A stretch of DNA of 50,264 nucleotides from Candidatus Thorarchaeota archaeon. GTDB lineage: Archaea; Asgardarchaeota; Thorarchaeia; Thorarchaeales; Thorarchaeaceae. Positions 9,493 to 18,318 of the stretch are shown in pieces. The stretch spans positions 1-50,264 of the forward strand of contig JBHLQH010000023.1 of the NCBI GenBank assembly GCA_048884965.1, read 5' to 3'. Position 1 is the stretch's first letter. Each line of letters opens with the position of its first letter. The translations under genes and the position numbers were made by a program. The notes under the pieces were generated by a model. It was not told the origin of the DNA, searched no databases, and saw nothing but the letters and a program-made list of their open reading frames with translations.

Positions 9493-11013
9493 ATGGTCGA
9501 GATGGTTGTAGCAATTGATGCTGGAACTTCAGGCGTTCGCTCAATTTTCTTTGATACGGCTGGGAATGTCCAATCAATGACATATCGTGAGTTCAACAGC
9601 TCATATCCAAATCCATCATGGGTTGAGCAGGATGCCAATCTTTGGTGGGATACGGCTTGTGCATCACTCAAGCATTCAATCTCTGCGGATAATATCAAGA
9701 CCAAGGATATTATCGCTATCAGCATCACAAATCAGCGAGAAACCGTCGTCCCTGTAGACGCACAAGGACACCCTCTCCGCCCTGCTATTGTCTGGCAGGA
9801 TCGAAGGACGACTGAGCAGTGTGATTGGATATCCTCGGAGATATCTCCTAAGAAGATCTATGCGACCACTGGGCTAACGATAGACCCGTACTTCACTGCA
9901 CCTAAACTTCTATGGATCAAGAAGAAGGAGCCTGAAATCTTCAAGAAGACACACAAGTTCCTATTGGTTCATGACTATTTGCTTCACAAGCTTACAGGGG
10001 AGTTCGCAACAGACTTCTCAAATGCTAGCCGGACGATGCTCTTTGACCTCAAGAAGTCTGTATGGTCTGACAAATTGCTCGAAGCATTCGGTATACCCGA
10101 GGAGAAGCTACCCGCACCTGTCGAGTCTGGTACATTCCTTGGCGAAGTGAGCAACGAAGCAGCAAAGGCGACCAAACTACGAACAGGCACTCCTGTGATA
10201 GCAGGCGGTGGTGACCAACAATGTGCCGCTCTTGGTGTTGGTGTTGTGAGGGAAGGCGCGATCAAAGCTACCACTGGAACTGGAACCTTCATACTCGCAT
10301 ACTCGGAGAACCCCCGATTGGATCCAGAGAGGCGAGTCTTGTGCAGTCGGCATGTCGTACCCAATGCCTACGTAGTTGAGGCAAGCATGTTCACAACTGG
10401 TTCTGCGCTTCGATGGTTCAGGGACCATATTGCTACCGAGGAGCGTCATGTTGCTGGAGATCGAGGTATTGATCCCTATGAGGTCATCACAGAAGCTGCT
10501 GAGTCCGTTCCTGCCGGGTCCGAAGGCGTCATCCATCTTCCACACTTTGTTGGTGCCGGAGCGCCGCATTGGAATCCTCATGCTCGTGGGACATTCGCGG
10601 GGCTCTCTCTGGGGCATACTCGTCGGCATCTGATGAGGTCCGTTCTTGAGGGCGTATCCTATGACATCAGATCCAATCTAGAAGTCATGAAGAAGCTAGG
10701 ACTGCCCACTGAGGAAGTAAGAGTCACAGGTGGCGCAGCTCGAAGTGATGTATGGATGCAGATTCAAGCTGACGTGCTGGGGATTCCCATCATCCGTACC
10801 CAGCTAGAGGAAGCAACAGCCCTTGGAGCGGCTATCTTAGCATGCAAGGGTGTGGGAGTATTCAGTTCAGTGTCCAAGGCTGCGGATGAGATGGTCTCAA
10901 AGAAAGACGTGCTCTATCCGTCTATTGAGAATCGCGCTGTGTACGATGCTGGTTTTCTCAAGTATACTGAACTCTATCGGGCAATAGCAGGTATCAAGTG
11001 GAATTCTACTTAG
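9493..11013 (+). CDS. FGGY-family carbohydrate kinase (xylulokinase/glycerol kinase-like)
   Basis: IDAGTSGVR, WVEQD, ITNQRET, IVWQDRR, PKLLW, DFSNASRT, GGGDQQ, TGTG, GAPHWN, GGAARS. Confidence 0.9.
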   Translation: MVEMVVAIDAGTSGVRSIFFDTAGNVQSMTYREFNSSYPNPSWVEQDANLWWDTACASLKHSISADNIKTKDIIAISITNQRETVVPVDAQGHPLRPAIVWQDRRTTEQCDWISSEISPKKIYATTGLTIDPYFTAPKLLWIKKKEPEIFKKTHKFLLVHDYLLHKLTGEFATDFSNASRTMLFDLKKSVWSDKLLEAFGIPEEKLPAPVESGTFLGEVSNEAAKATKLRTGTPVIAGGGDQQCAALGVGVVREGAIKATTGTGTFILAYSENPRLDPERRVLCSRHVVPNAYVVEASMFTTGSALRWFRDHIATEERHVAGDRGIDPYEVITEAAESVPAGSEGVIHLPHFVGAGAPHWNPHARGTFAGLSLGHTRRHLMRSVLEGVSYDIRSNLEVMKKLGLPTEEVRVTGGAARSDVWMQIQADVLGIPIIRTQLEEATALGAAILACKGVGVFSSVSKAADEMVSKKDVLYPSIENRAVYDAGFLKYTELYRAIAGIKWNST

Positions 11014-12292
11014 CATAGACTGCGAGCTTGTTTCCCTTATCCAACACTAGGATTCGCACATTTGGGTTCTTCGAAATCCATCCATCAACGACCTTCTGCA
11101 CATCATCAACTTTCTCCATGTGCACAGAATCAACAGTCTTCTTGTCCAGTGCAGTATACATCTTTATTCTTGAAACTCGTTTCATGAGCTCTGCGAATTT
11201 GTATGCTTTATGTTCATACAGATGATATTCAGAGCTAATTGAGCTAATCACATCATCCAAGGGGGCAGTGAGCTTATTATAGAAGTTCTCGATAGCTGAC
11301 TCCGGAGCAACACCATCCCGGCATTCCGCAATGAACAGAATCTCTCCATCATCCTTGACAGCGTTCTTAGTCAGCTCCATGGCTCGTTGGGCATGGTAGA
11401 GGCTCTTGTCTTGGGGATAGCCTCCTGGTGATACGATGATACATGTTTCGGGTGACACCGTGAAGCTAGCCGTTTCGTCCAGTATTTCGATTCCTGCTGC
11501 AGTGACTGTCTTGATGTTCCCTGCATCTGCCCAGATCAGCTTCGGACCATTTGTGATGACTGATAAGGTGAAGACCTTAGCATCCTTTGTAATCATCTCC
11601 ATTGCCTCTCGCATATCATCTGCAAGCGGATTGTTCCTCTTCTCTTCCTCTGGATGGTATGGATGCTTCCCAAAGGTGGAGTCTGGGTCTAGGGCCATTG
11701 AATGATTTCCCTCAATGCTAGCAAATGCACAGACACCAGGTAGGAAATCCTTCAAAGCGTTCGAATAACCCGCGAAATAGTGTGCTTTCATATCCGCTAT
11801 TGGAACATAGAGATCATGATTTGCAGCAGCTGCGCTGATTATGACGGGTGTGCCCCGACTGGTGGTCCCGAAGCTGACAACATCTGTATCCTGACAATCA
11901 TTTATCTTCACTATGAAATCATGGATTTTGTTATCTCTTGAGATTCGTTGTATCATCCCAACAATCTCCTTATTCCCTGGATGATCGACCTCATGGGACC
12001 CTGTAGTGATCATGAATGTGACACTACTTGCATCCTTTAGTCTTGGAATTACTGCTGAAAGAAGTTCCCAGTGCGGCTCGTCCCTCGTGTGGTCTTCAAC
12101 TAGTACACATACACTCTTACTCTTTGAGAGCTCCTCGAGGGATGTGCCATGCGGATTATTCAACACCCGATTGAGTTCCACTTGGATGTCCTGGATAGTC
12201 TTTGCTTCCTTAGGTACCACCTTCCCTGCGTAGTTCTTCTCTGGAATGTCAATAGGGACTTTCGAATCGCCATAGGTCACTTCTATCTTCAT
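11006..12292 (-). CDS. LarA-family (lactate racemase-like, nickel-pincer-dependent) racemase/epimerase
   Basis: EDHTR (DxTR), TGSH, GTTSRGTPV, HYFAGYS..K..LPG, SPGGYPQD, AECRDG are LarA/DUF2088 signatures. Confidence 0.8.
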   Translation of the reverse strand: MKIEVTYGDSKVPIDIPEKNYAGKVVPKEAKTIQDIQVELNRVLNNPHGTSLEELSKSKSVCVLVEDHTRDEPHWELLSAVIPRLKDASSVTFMITTGSHEVDHPGNKEIVGMIQRISRDNKIHDFIVKINDCQDTDVVSFGTTSRGTPVIISAAAANHDLYVPIADMKAHYFAGYSNALKDFLPGVCAFASIEGNHSMALDPDSTFGKHPYHPEEEKRNNPLADDMREAMEMITKDAKVFTLSVITNGPKLIWADAGNIKTVTAAGIEILDETASFTVSPETCIIVSPGGYPQDKSLYHAQRAMELTKNAVKDDGEILFIAECRDGVAPESAIENFYNKLTAPLDDVISSISSEYHLYEHKAYKFAELMKRVSRIKMYTALDKKTVDSVHMEKVDDVQKVVDGWISKNPNVRILVLDKGNKLAVYAK

Positions 12293-12388
12293 GCTGATAT
12301 CCTCTATATTGCCTTAGACATTCACTAAGAAAAGGATTACACTATGTCCTAGAGAAGACTGATAACAGCTAACACATTATCGCATCCT

Positions 12389-12709
12389 ATGAATTCCGAA
12401 GACGAAGGAACCAGCATGAGCGGCATGGGTAGATGGCTGGCAATTGGAAGCGAGCTGCCCTGCACAGTCATTGCATTATTGCTAGTTGGGCAGCTTGTAG
12501 GGCAATCAGTTCTTGGTCCTAGTGGAGCGACAACTGGTGCATTGCTTGGGGCGGTCGTCGGATTTTTCTTGGGGATTTATGGAGTCTATGCTACTGTCAG
12601 ATATTATGACCATATCGAAGCACAGTCCCAACTGAAACGGACATACATGCCTTCAAAAGAAGAGATCTTCGAGGATGTCAAATTCGACATCCCCGATGAT
12701 AGCGAGTGA
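12389..12709 (+). CDS. Small 2-TM protein, AtpZ/AtpI (ATPase_gene1)-like
   Basis: LAIGSEL...LLVGQLVG...GALLGAVVGFFLGIYGVY two-helix Gly-rich pattern; lies next to ATP synthase genes. Confidence 0.6.
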   Translation: MNSEDEGTSMSGMGRWLAIGSELPCTVIALLLVGQLVGQSVLGPSGATTGALLGAVVGFFLGIYGVYATVRYYDHIEAQSQLKRTYMPSKEEIFEDVKFDIPDDSE

Positions 12710-13297
12710 CTATTTCAGGAACTCTGAATCATCTGCATCTAGGACTTCGATGATGATCTTTGTCGATGATCTTCCAACGGTTGCGATGATTACCTGAATA
12801 AGGAGCGCAATGAAGAATGCTCCGAGTGCATATGAGAAGAGAGTGAGCAGTATCGACCCACCATTCGCTAGAACCCAAGGCACAAGGAAGCGATTATTCA
12901 CTATTATCCAAATATAGACACCGATTATACCCATCAGGAATACAAGGATTCCATAGGCGTATACGACCAATTTTACCTTCGGGCTATCAAGTCGAACCTG
13001 TTCGATGCCTGGTCCGATGACCGCATTCCCTATCCTTCTCGAGAATCTGAGAAACACACTAAGAGCTGCGAGGAATACCATGACAGCTAAGGCACAGGCA
13101 ATCAAGAACAGAAGAACCTGAATATCCTCTGGCAATCCCGGGAAGATATCCCCAATATAGAATCCTGCGAGAGAGCCAAACATAACGATTACTGCTATGA
13201 TTTGAATCACGAAGGTCAATGTTGCAGAGGTCCTGAACAGACTGCCTATGTCAAACAGGTCAATTTTCTGGGTATCACCAAATTCGTCATCTGACAT
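12710..13297 (-). CDS. 4-TM membrane protein of unknown function
   Basis: Four hydrophobic helices in two hairpins, each followed by a basic amphipathic stretch (RFSRRI; GRSSTKI). GGTGGT upstream of the ATG at 13297. Divergent from the subunit C gene. Confidence 0.7.
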   Translation of the reverse strand: MSDDEFGDTQKIDLFDIGSLFRTSATLTFVIQIIAVIVMFGSLAGFYIGDIFPGLPEDIQVLLFLIACALAVMVFLAALSVFLRFSRRIGNAVIGPGIEQVRLDSPKVKLVVYAYGILVFLMGIIGVYIWIIVNNRFLVPWVLANGGSILLTLFSYALGAFFIALLIQVIIATVGRSSTKIIIEVLDADDSEFLK

Positions 13298-13455
13298 AAT
13301 TCCCAACCACCTTTTGTAATGCCTATGGCGTTTATGAATCTTCGTCACACATGAAAATTCCTAGTTATTGCTCCTTCGTTATCCTTATATCAAGTATAGC
13401 TAGTGTGCTACATCACAGCGTCAATTCCCTTGACCGACGCAAACGGTGAGCAACT

Positions 13456-14520
13456 ATGGGCTCGAAAGCAGCGAACGAGTATGGATTTGTCAATGCGAGA
13501 ATTCGAGGAATGATGTCACGGTTTCTTGGATTGGACACCTATGAAGCGTTGTTGCAATCACCGTCCTATGATGACTTCATCAAGTTGCTTGCTGGAACAT
13601 ACTATGGCCCAATCGTCAGTAAGGCATACCCAACAGGGCAGCCATCTCCTGACGAGTTGGCACTCACTCTATCAGAGGATTTTGCTAATGTCAGCTACAG
13701 TCTGACAAAATCTCTCTCTGGCAAGGTGAGCGCATTTGCCACAGCATACATGAAGATGTTCTTGGCAGAGAGCATCAAATCGATGATTCGTGGCATTCAT
13801 GTCGGGCTGGACAAGGATGAAATACTTCGTTTCGCAGTGCCGACCTCTACTGAGCAGGCTGAGGAGTATGAGCATTTGGCTGACTCTCGCTCAGTGCAGG
13901 GGTTCATTGATGAGCTTCCCTATTGGGACCTCAAAATATCCCTACTCACTAAGGTCCACGTATACGAAGAATTGGATTCCACAGCTCCGCTGGAAGTTGC
14001 GACTGAGAACTGGTACTTGAGGAGTCTATTGAAAGCACTCAATGACTTCTCGGTAGATGACCAGAAGCGAGTCTTGGATATCGTTGAGGCAAGGGTGGAC
14101 CTTCGAAATGTCCTCACCATGCTTCGAGCTCTTGCTCTTCAACTAGAATCAAGAGCGATTGACATGTCACTCGTCGAGTTTACTGGTCGATCGAAGGCTC
14201 TTCTTGAGAGCATTCGAGCAAAGCCAAACTGGCGCGAAGTCCTTGCTGCCTTGGAGGGTACACGGTATCGTGAGCTCGCGGGTAGAATTGCACGACTCTA
14301 TGAGGAAGAGCAAAATCTTGTCGCAGTAGAGCTTGCTATCGAGGACTATATCGCACAGCGGGTAAAACAGAAAATGTCTGCCTACCCATTTCAATTGGGG
14401 TCAGTCATTGGATTTTTTAACCTGAAGTTCTATGAGGTCCGTAACATTCGGTCGATTGCCGTGGGGATTGAACGAGGCGAGTCTGCCGAAAACATCAGAC
14501 GAATGATCACACTTTGGTGA
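13456..14520 (+). CDS. atpC: A/V-type ATP synthase subunit C (V0 d-like)
   Basis: N-terminal YGFVNARIRGM.SRFL, central DLRNV..MLR, C-terminal EVRNIRSIAVG; 354 aa. Confidence 0.9.
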   Translation: MGSKAANEYGFVNARIRGMMSRFLGLDTYEALLQSPSYDDFIKLLAGTYYGPIVSKAYPTGQPSPDELALTLSEDFANVSYSLTKSLSGKVSAFATAYMKMFLAESIKSMIRGIHVGLDKDEILRFAVPTSTEQAEEYEHLADSRSVQGFIDELPYWDLKISLLTKVHVYEELDSTAPLEVATENWYLRSLLKALNDFSVDDQKRVLDIVEARVDLRNVLTMLRALALQLESRAIDMSLVEFTGRSKALLESIRAKPNWREVLAALEGTRYRELAGRIARLYEEEQNLVAVELAIEDYIAQRVKQKMSAYPFQLGSVIGFFNLKFYEVRNIRSIAVGIERGESAENIRRMITLW

Positions 14521-14538
14521 TAAAAAGGAGATAACCCG

Positions 14539-14934
14539 ATGAAAATAGATACACGAACAAGCAGTTTCATGTTGTTCATTTTGGGTGCAGTCCTGTTCTC
14601 ACTAGTAATGTCCATATTGACCCTACCTGCATCCGCGGTAGGAGTTACTCCCGGGTCAGGTTTCTCAGCACTTCAAACTGCTACAGACTCCACTGGCTGG
14701 GCAATAATGGGTCTTGCAATTGGTGCAGGCCTTGCTATTGGACTAGCTGGAATTGGCGGTGGCCTGGGCATGGGAACTGCATCTGCAGCTGCACTTGGTG
14801 CTATAACTGAGAAACCCGAGACCTTTGGTAAATCAATTCTCTATGTTGTATTTATCGAAGCTATCGCAATTTACGGATTCGTCATTGCATTCCTTCTAGT
14901 TGGTTACATACCTCAGCTACTAGCTGCACATTAG
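14539..14934 (+). CDS. atpK: A/V-type ATP synthase proteolipid subunit K (c) with N-terminal leader
   Basis: GAGLAIGLAGIGGGLGMG helix, EKPE loop, FIEAIAIYG with the ion-binding Glu; a single hairpin preceded by a hydrophobic leader. Confidence 0.92.
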   Translation: MKIDTRTSSFMLFILGAVLFSLVMSILTLPASAVGVTPGSGFSALQTATDSTGWAIMGLAIGAGLAIGLAGIGGGLGMGTASAAALGAITEKPETFGKSILYVVFIEAIAIYGFVIAFLLVGYIPQLLAAH

Positions 14935-14951
14935 AGATTGCAAGAGACACT

Positions 14952-14989
14952 AGAAGATGAGGATGGTGCATACCATCCTTCTATCTTCT
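14952..14989. terminator. Hairpin between convergent atpK and atpE (putative bidirectional terminator)
   Basis: AGGATGGT-gcat-ACCATCCT perfect 8-bp stem (14960-14979), flanked by AGAAGAT/ATCTTCT. Confidence 0.55.
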
Positions 14990-14994
14990 TGACT

Positions 14995-15615
14995 CTATTT
15001 TTGCTCTTCAAAAAGAATAGTTGAGATTTCATCTCTGATCTTACTTTCCAAACGTTCGAATCTGGCTTCGAAGGTGTTATCGACCCATTTGGTTCCATGC
15101 TGGTTCCTGATGATCAAGCCACCAGATGCCCGAATGGTATCTTTTGATATGCTCACACTCACCTTCTTCCCTATCTCATCAGAGATTGATTTGGCAAGAC
15201 CTGTGACATTTACTGTCTTTTCTTGTCCTTTGGGAAGAATGAGTTCTATAGTATCCTCATTCAAGGCGGTTGCACCTGCTATTGCCAGCTTGGTAATTAC
15301 GGATTCGTACTCACTGCTCTTCACCTGTTTCTTGAGGTCCTCTTCAGCAGTAGCTAGAATCTCCTTCATGACGGCTTCTTTGGCTTCGAGTACCTTGTAC
15401 TTCGCCTTTAGCTTTGCACTGGCTTCCTGTCTTGCTAGCTCGGCATCGCTTTCTATCTTTGCCTTAGAGACGATCTGCTGTGTGATACTTTCTGCCTTTT
15501 TCTTGGCATCCTTAATCGTCTGCTCTTTCTGGAGTTCGGCCTCACGAATGATGCCTGTCACTTTCTCTTCGGCTTTCGATTCAATAATCCCGATGATATT
15601 TGTGATTCCGCTCAT
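14995..15615 (-). CDS. atpE: A/V-type ATP synthase subunit E
   Basis: Long N-terminal coiled coil, then C-terminal GGLIIR...VDNTFEARFE; 206 aa. Confidence 0.9.
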   Translation of the reverse strand: MSGITNIIGIIESKAEEKVTGIIREAELQKEQTIKDAKKKAESITQQIVSKAKIESDAELARQEASAKLKAKYKVLEAKEAVMKEILATAEEDLKKQVKSSEYESVITKLAIAGATALNEDTIELILPKGQEKTVNVTGLAKSISDEIGKKVSVSISKDTIRASGGLIIRNQHGTKWVDNTFEARFERLESKIRDEISTILFEEQK

Positions 15616-15618
15616 CTT

Positions 15619-15942
15619 CTAGCTCTCCTCCACTAGCATCTTCAGGGCGGCCTTGATAGCATCCTTCTTCTTCTTCTGAGAGGCTGCGATCATCTCTTCG
15701 ATTCTTGCCTCGGTGCTACCTTGGATCTTGCCTTCGACCTTCTTGGCCTCACCAGAAATCCCCTCGAGGAGTCTGGTTGATTCTCTCTTTGCGGATTCTT
15801 CAGCCTGCTGTAGAATCATCTTTGACTCACGTTCGGCTTCTTCTCGAATTTCCCGCGCCTTTCTCTCGGCTTCTTCTATCTTCTCACGTGCTGCCAGCTC
15901 AGCAGCGTGAATCTGTTCAACTCCGTCTTGGGTCGATTCCAT
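15619..15942 (-). CDS. A/V-type ATP synthase peripheral-stalk subunit G/H
   Basis: 107-aa charged helix (IHAAELAAREKIEEAERKAREIREEA) immediately upstream of subunit E. Confidence 0.8.
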   Translation of the reverse strand: MESTQDGVEQIHAAELAAREKIEEAERKAREIREEAERESKMILQQAEESAKRESTRLLEGISGEAKKVEGKIQGSTEARIEEMIAASQKKKKDAIKAALKMLVEES

Positions 15943-16133
15943 TGTTTATTCCTCTAAAGATGGAGACTATTGTCTTCGTTGCACATTCACTGATAAAGAT
16001 TGAGCTTGCGCTGTGGTCATGCACCATGACATAACGCTTATCTGTGTATGTACGTGTCTTGGTTTTCAACGTCTATGCACAGGTTGAAAGCCTTGATATA
16101 TGCTACGGCGTCGTTACTGCGGTGAAATTGGCC

Positions 16134-18314
16134 ATGGTTCTGAGAATGAGTCCCTCGAAAATGCTTGTCGCCAAAGTTGTTTCACACAGAGACCTTGAAC
16201 GGAAGATGATCCTTGCGTTGGAGGAGTTTAGCCTCTTCGAACCAATTGATGTACGTCATCAAGCTGGTATCCTTGAGGTGAAGCGAACCCGTGACGAAGA
16301 AACAGTTTTTGCAGCCTCAGACAGGATAGCGATCATCCTAGAATCTCTAGGAATCGATACAGCAAGGGGAATTGGAAGACGTGAAACGGTAGAGGACCGA
16401 GAGATTGATGATTCTATCTCATTCACCTCAAAGATAATACAATCAATAGAGCCCGAGATACTAGACTCTGATAAAGAGCTAGCTGCCCTTAATCTCGAAC
16501 TGGAACGACAAAAGGGAACACGTGACATCGCGTTATCTCTTGAACCATTGGGCTTGCATTTGGAAATGATAGGAACTTCTGAGTATACCTATACTACTGT
16601 CGGGCGTATCGAATCAGGCAGACTCAGCAAGCTAGAATGGAGTCTGAATGAGATTACCGAAGGAGCATTTGTCTTCAGGGCTGTTCCTGCAAGAAAAGCG
16701 AAGAACGTCATGATTGCAAGTGTCAGCATTCCGATAGAGCGAAAGGACGCTGCCGATCGGATATTTACCGCTATTGGATTTGAAACCTTCAGTGTGCCAG
16801 AAGACTCTACAGGCAGTCCATATGATATCGCACAGGAAGCAATGACCCAGATACTCCGATTGGAGAAAGAAATCCAACAGCTGGAGAATAGAAAAGAACT
16901 CATTGCCAAGGAATGGGGTCCTCAGATTCTTGCAGCGTGGGAAGTACTTGAGATAGAAAAATCCCGCACGAACTTCAAGGGATTCTTTGTCTATACCGAA
17001 TCCTCTGTGAAAGCATGGGGATGGATTCCTGATGGCAATCAGGAGAAACTGCGTGCACTCCTTACTGAGTATATTGGGACCGCATTCGATCTGCAATTCG
17101 ACGAGCCTGATTTCGCAGAAACAGATTCCCCAACCTATCTGGACAATCCCGGTATAATGAGTGCGACTGAGGATGTAGTGTCAGCATATGGTGTTCCAGC
17201 GAAGAATGACCTTGACCCGACGAAGATCATGTGGTTATCCTTCCCGGTCATTTTTGGCCTAGTATTCGCAGATATTGGTCAAGGCTTTCTTATCATGCTC
17301 ATTGGCTTCGCTGCCATTCGCGCAAAGAAACGCGGCGATGATTGGGGGCAGATTTTGGGCTACATCCAGAACGGTGGATGGGGTCTAGTCATGATGGGCC
17401 TTTTTGCCATCATAGGCGGATTTCTCTTTGGAAGCTTCTTTGGCTCCGAAACCGTAATAGAGGCTCAATGGGACATCTTTGTTCATTACTTCCCTGATGG
17501 AACGCAAAATACATTTCGTGCCGCTCATATGCTGAAACTCTCAATCGAGGTTGGTATCATCCACATCTCATTGGGTATTCTCTTGGACATTTACAATAAG
17601 ATAAAGCACAGGAAAAGAGATGGGGCTCTTACGAGTATCTTCTACCTATGGCTCTATCTTGGATTTGTCAATCTACTCTTTGGTGTGAGCTACAACAGCA
17701 TCAACCAGTGGTTCAATTCAGAGGGTACCGTAAATCTTTGGCTTCCTATTGTTGGGATTGGTTATGGTATTGGCAATAATGGTATCTACCCAACTCTTCC
17801 CATCGCTCCAATGATGTTCACCATTCTGGGTCTCTTTGTGCCATTGATTCTCATGGCCTTGCTTTCCTTCATGCATGGAATGGATGGCGCAGTGCACTTC
17901 ATCGAGTCTGCATTGGGAATGATTAGTCACACCGTGAGCTATGCTCGTATATTCGCACTGAACACAGTACATGTCATCTTGAGTGGAGTATTCTTCTCCT
18001 TTACAGCAGGTATCCTTGTTCTTAACTTTCCACCTATCTCCATCGGTGGCTTTGAGCTAATCCCTGAAACCATTCCGTATCATGGAGCTGACGTAGTTCC
18101 AGGCATGTCCTTGATAGGTGCAGCTATCGGGACTTTCATAGTAGGAATACTTGAGGGGCTACTTGCCTTCATGCATACATTACGTCTCCATTTCGTAGAG
18201 TGGTTCAGTAAGTTCTATCATGCAGGAGGTATCGCCTTTGCACCATTCGTGGCGAAGAGGACATTCACATCATTGCCAGAGGCTCTTGCTGTAGCTGCGA
18301 TAGCATCGAATTGA
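16134..18314 (+). CDS. atpI: A/V-type ATP synthase subunit I (a)
   Basis: SPTYLDNP, DLDPT, FGLVFADIGQG, SHTVSYARIFAL (essential Arg), HTLRLHFVEWFSKFY. GGTGA precedes the ATG at 16134. Confidence 0.93.
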   Translation: MVLRMSPSKMLVAKVVSHRDLERKMILALEEFSLFEPIDVRHQAGILEVKRTRDEETVFAASDRIAIILESLGIDTARGIGRRETVEDREIDDSISFTSKIIQSIEPEILDSDKELAALNLELERQKGTRDIALSLEPLGLHLEMIGTSEYTYTTVGRIESGRLSKLEWSLNEITEGAFVFRAVPARKAKNVMIASVSIPIERKDAADRIFTAIGFETFSVPEDSTGSPYDIAQEAMTQILRLEKEIQQLENRKELIAKEWGPQILAAWEVLEIEKSRTNFKGFFVYTESSVKAWGWIPDGNQEKLRALLTEYIGTAFDLQFDEPDFAETDSPTYLDNPGIMSATEDVVSAYGVPAKNDLDPTKIMWLSFPVIFGLVFADIGQGFLIMLIGFAAIRAKKRGDDWGQILGYIQNGGWGLVMMGLFAIIGGFLFGSFFGSETVIEAQWDIFVHYFPDGTQNTFRAAHMLKLSIEVGIIHISLGILLDIYNKIKHRKRDGALTSIFYLWLYLGFVNLLFGVSYNSINQWFNSEGTVNLWLPIVGIGYGIGNNGIYPTLPIAPMMFTILGLFVPLILMALLSFMHGMDGAVHFIESALGMISHTVSYARIFALNTVHVILSGVFFSFTAGILVLNFPPISIGGFELIPETIPYHGADVVPGMSLIGAAIGTFIVGILEGLLAFMHTLRLHFVEWFSKFYHAGGIAFAPFVAKRTFTSLPEALAVAAIASN

Positions 18315-18318
18315 TGGT

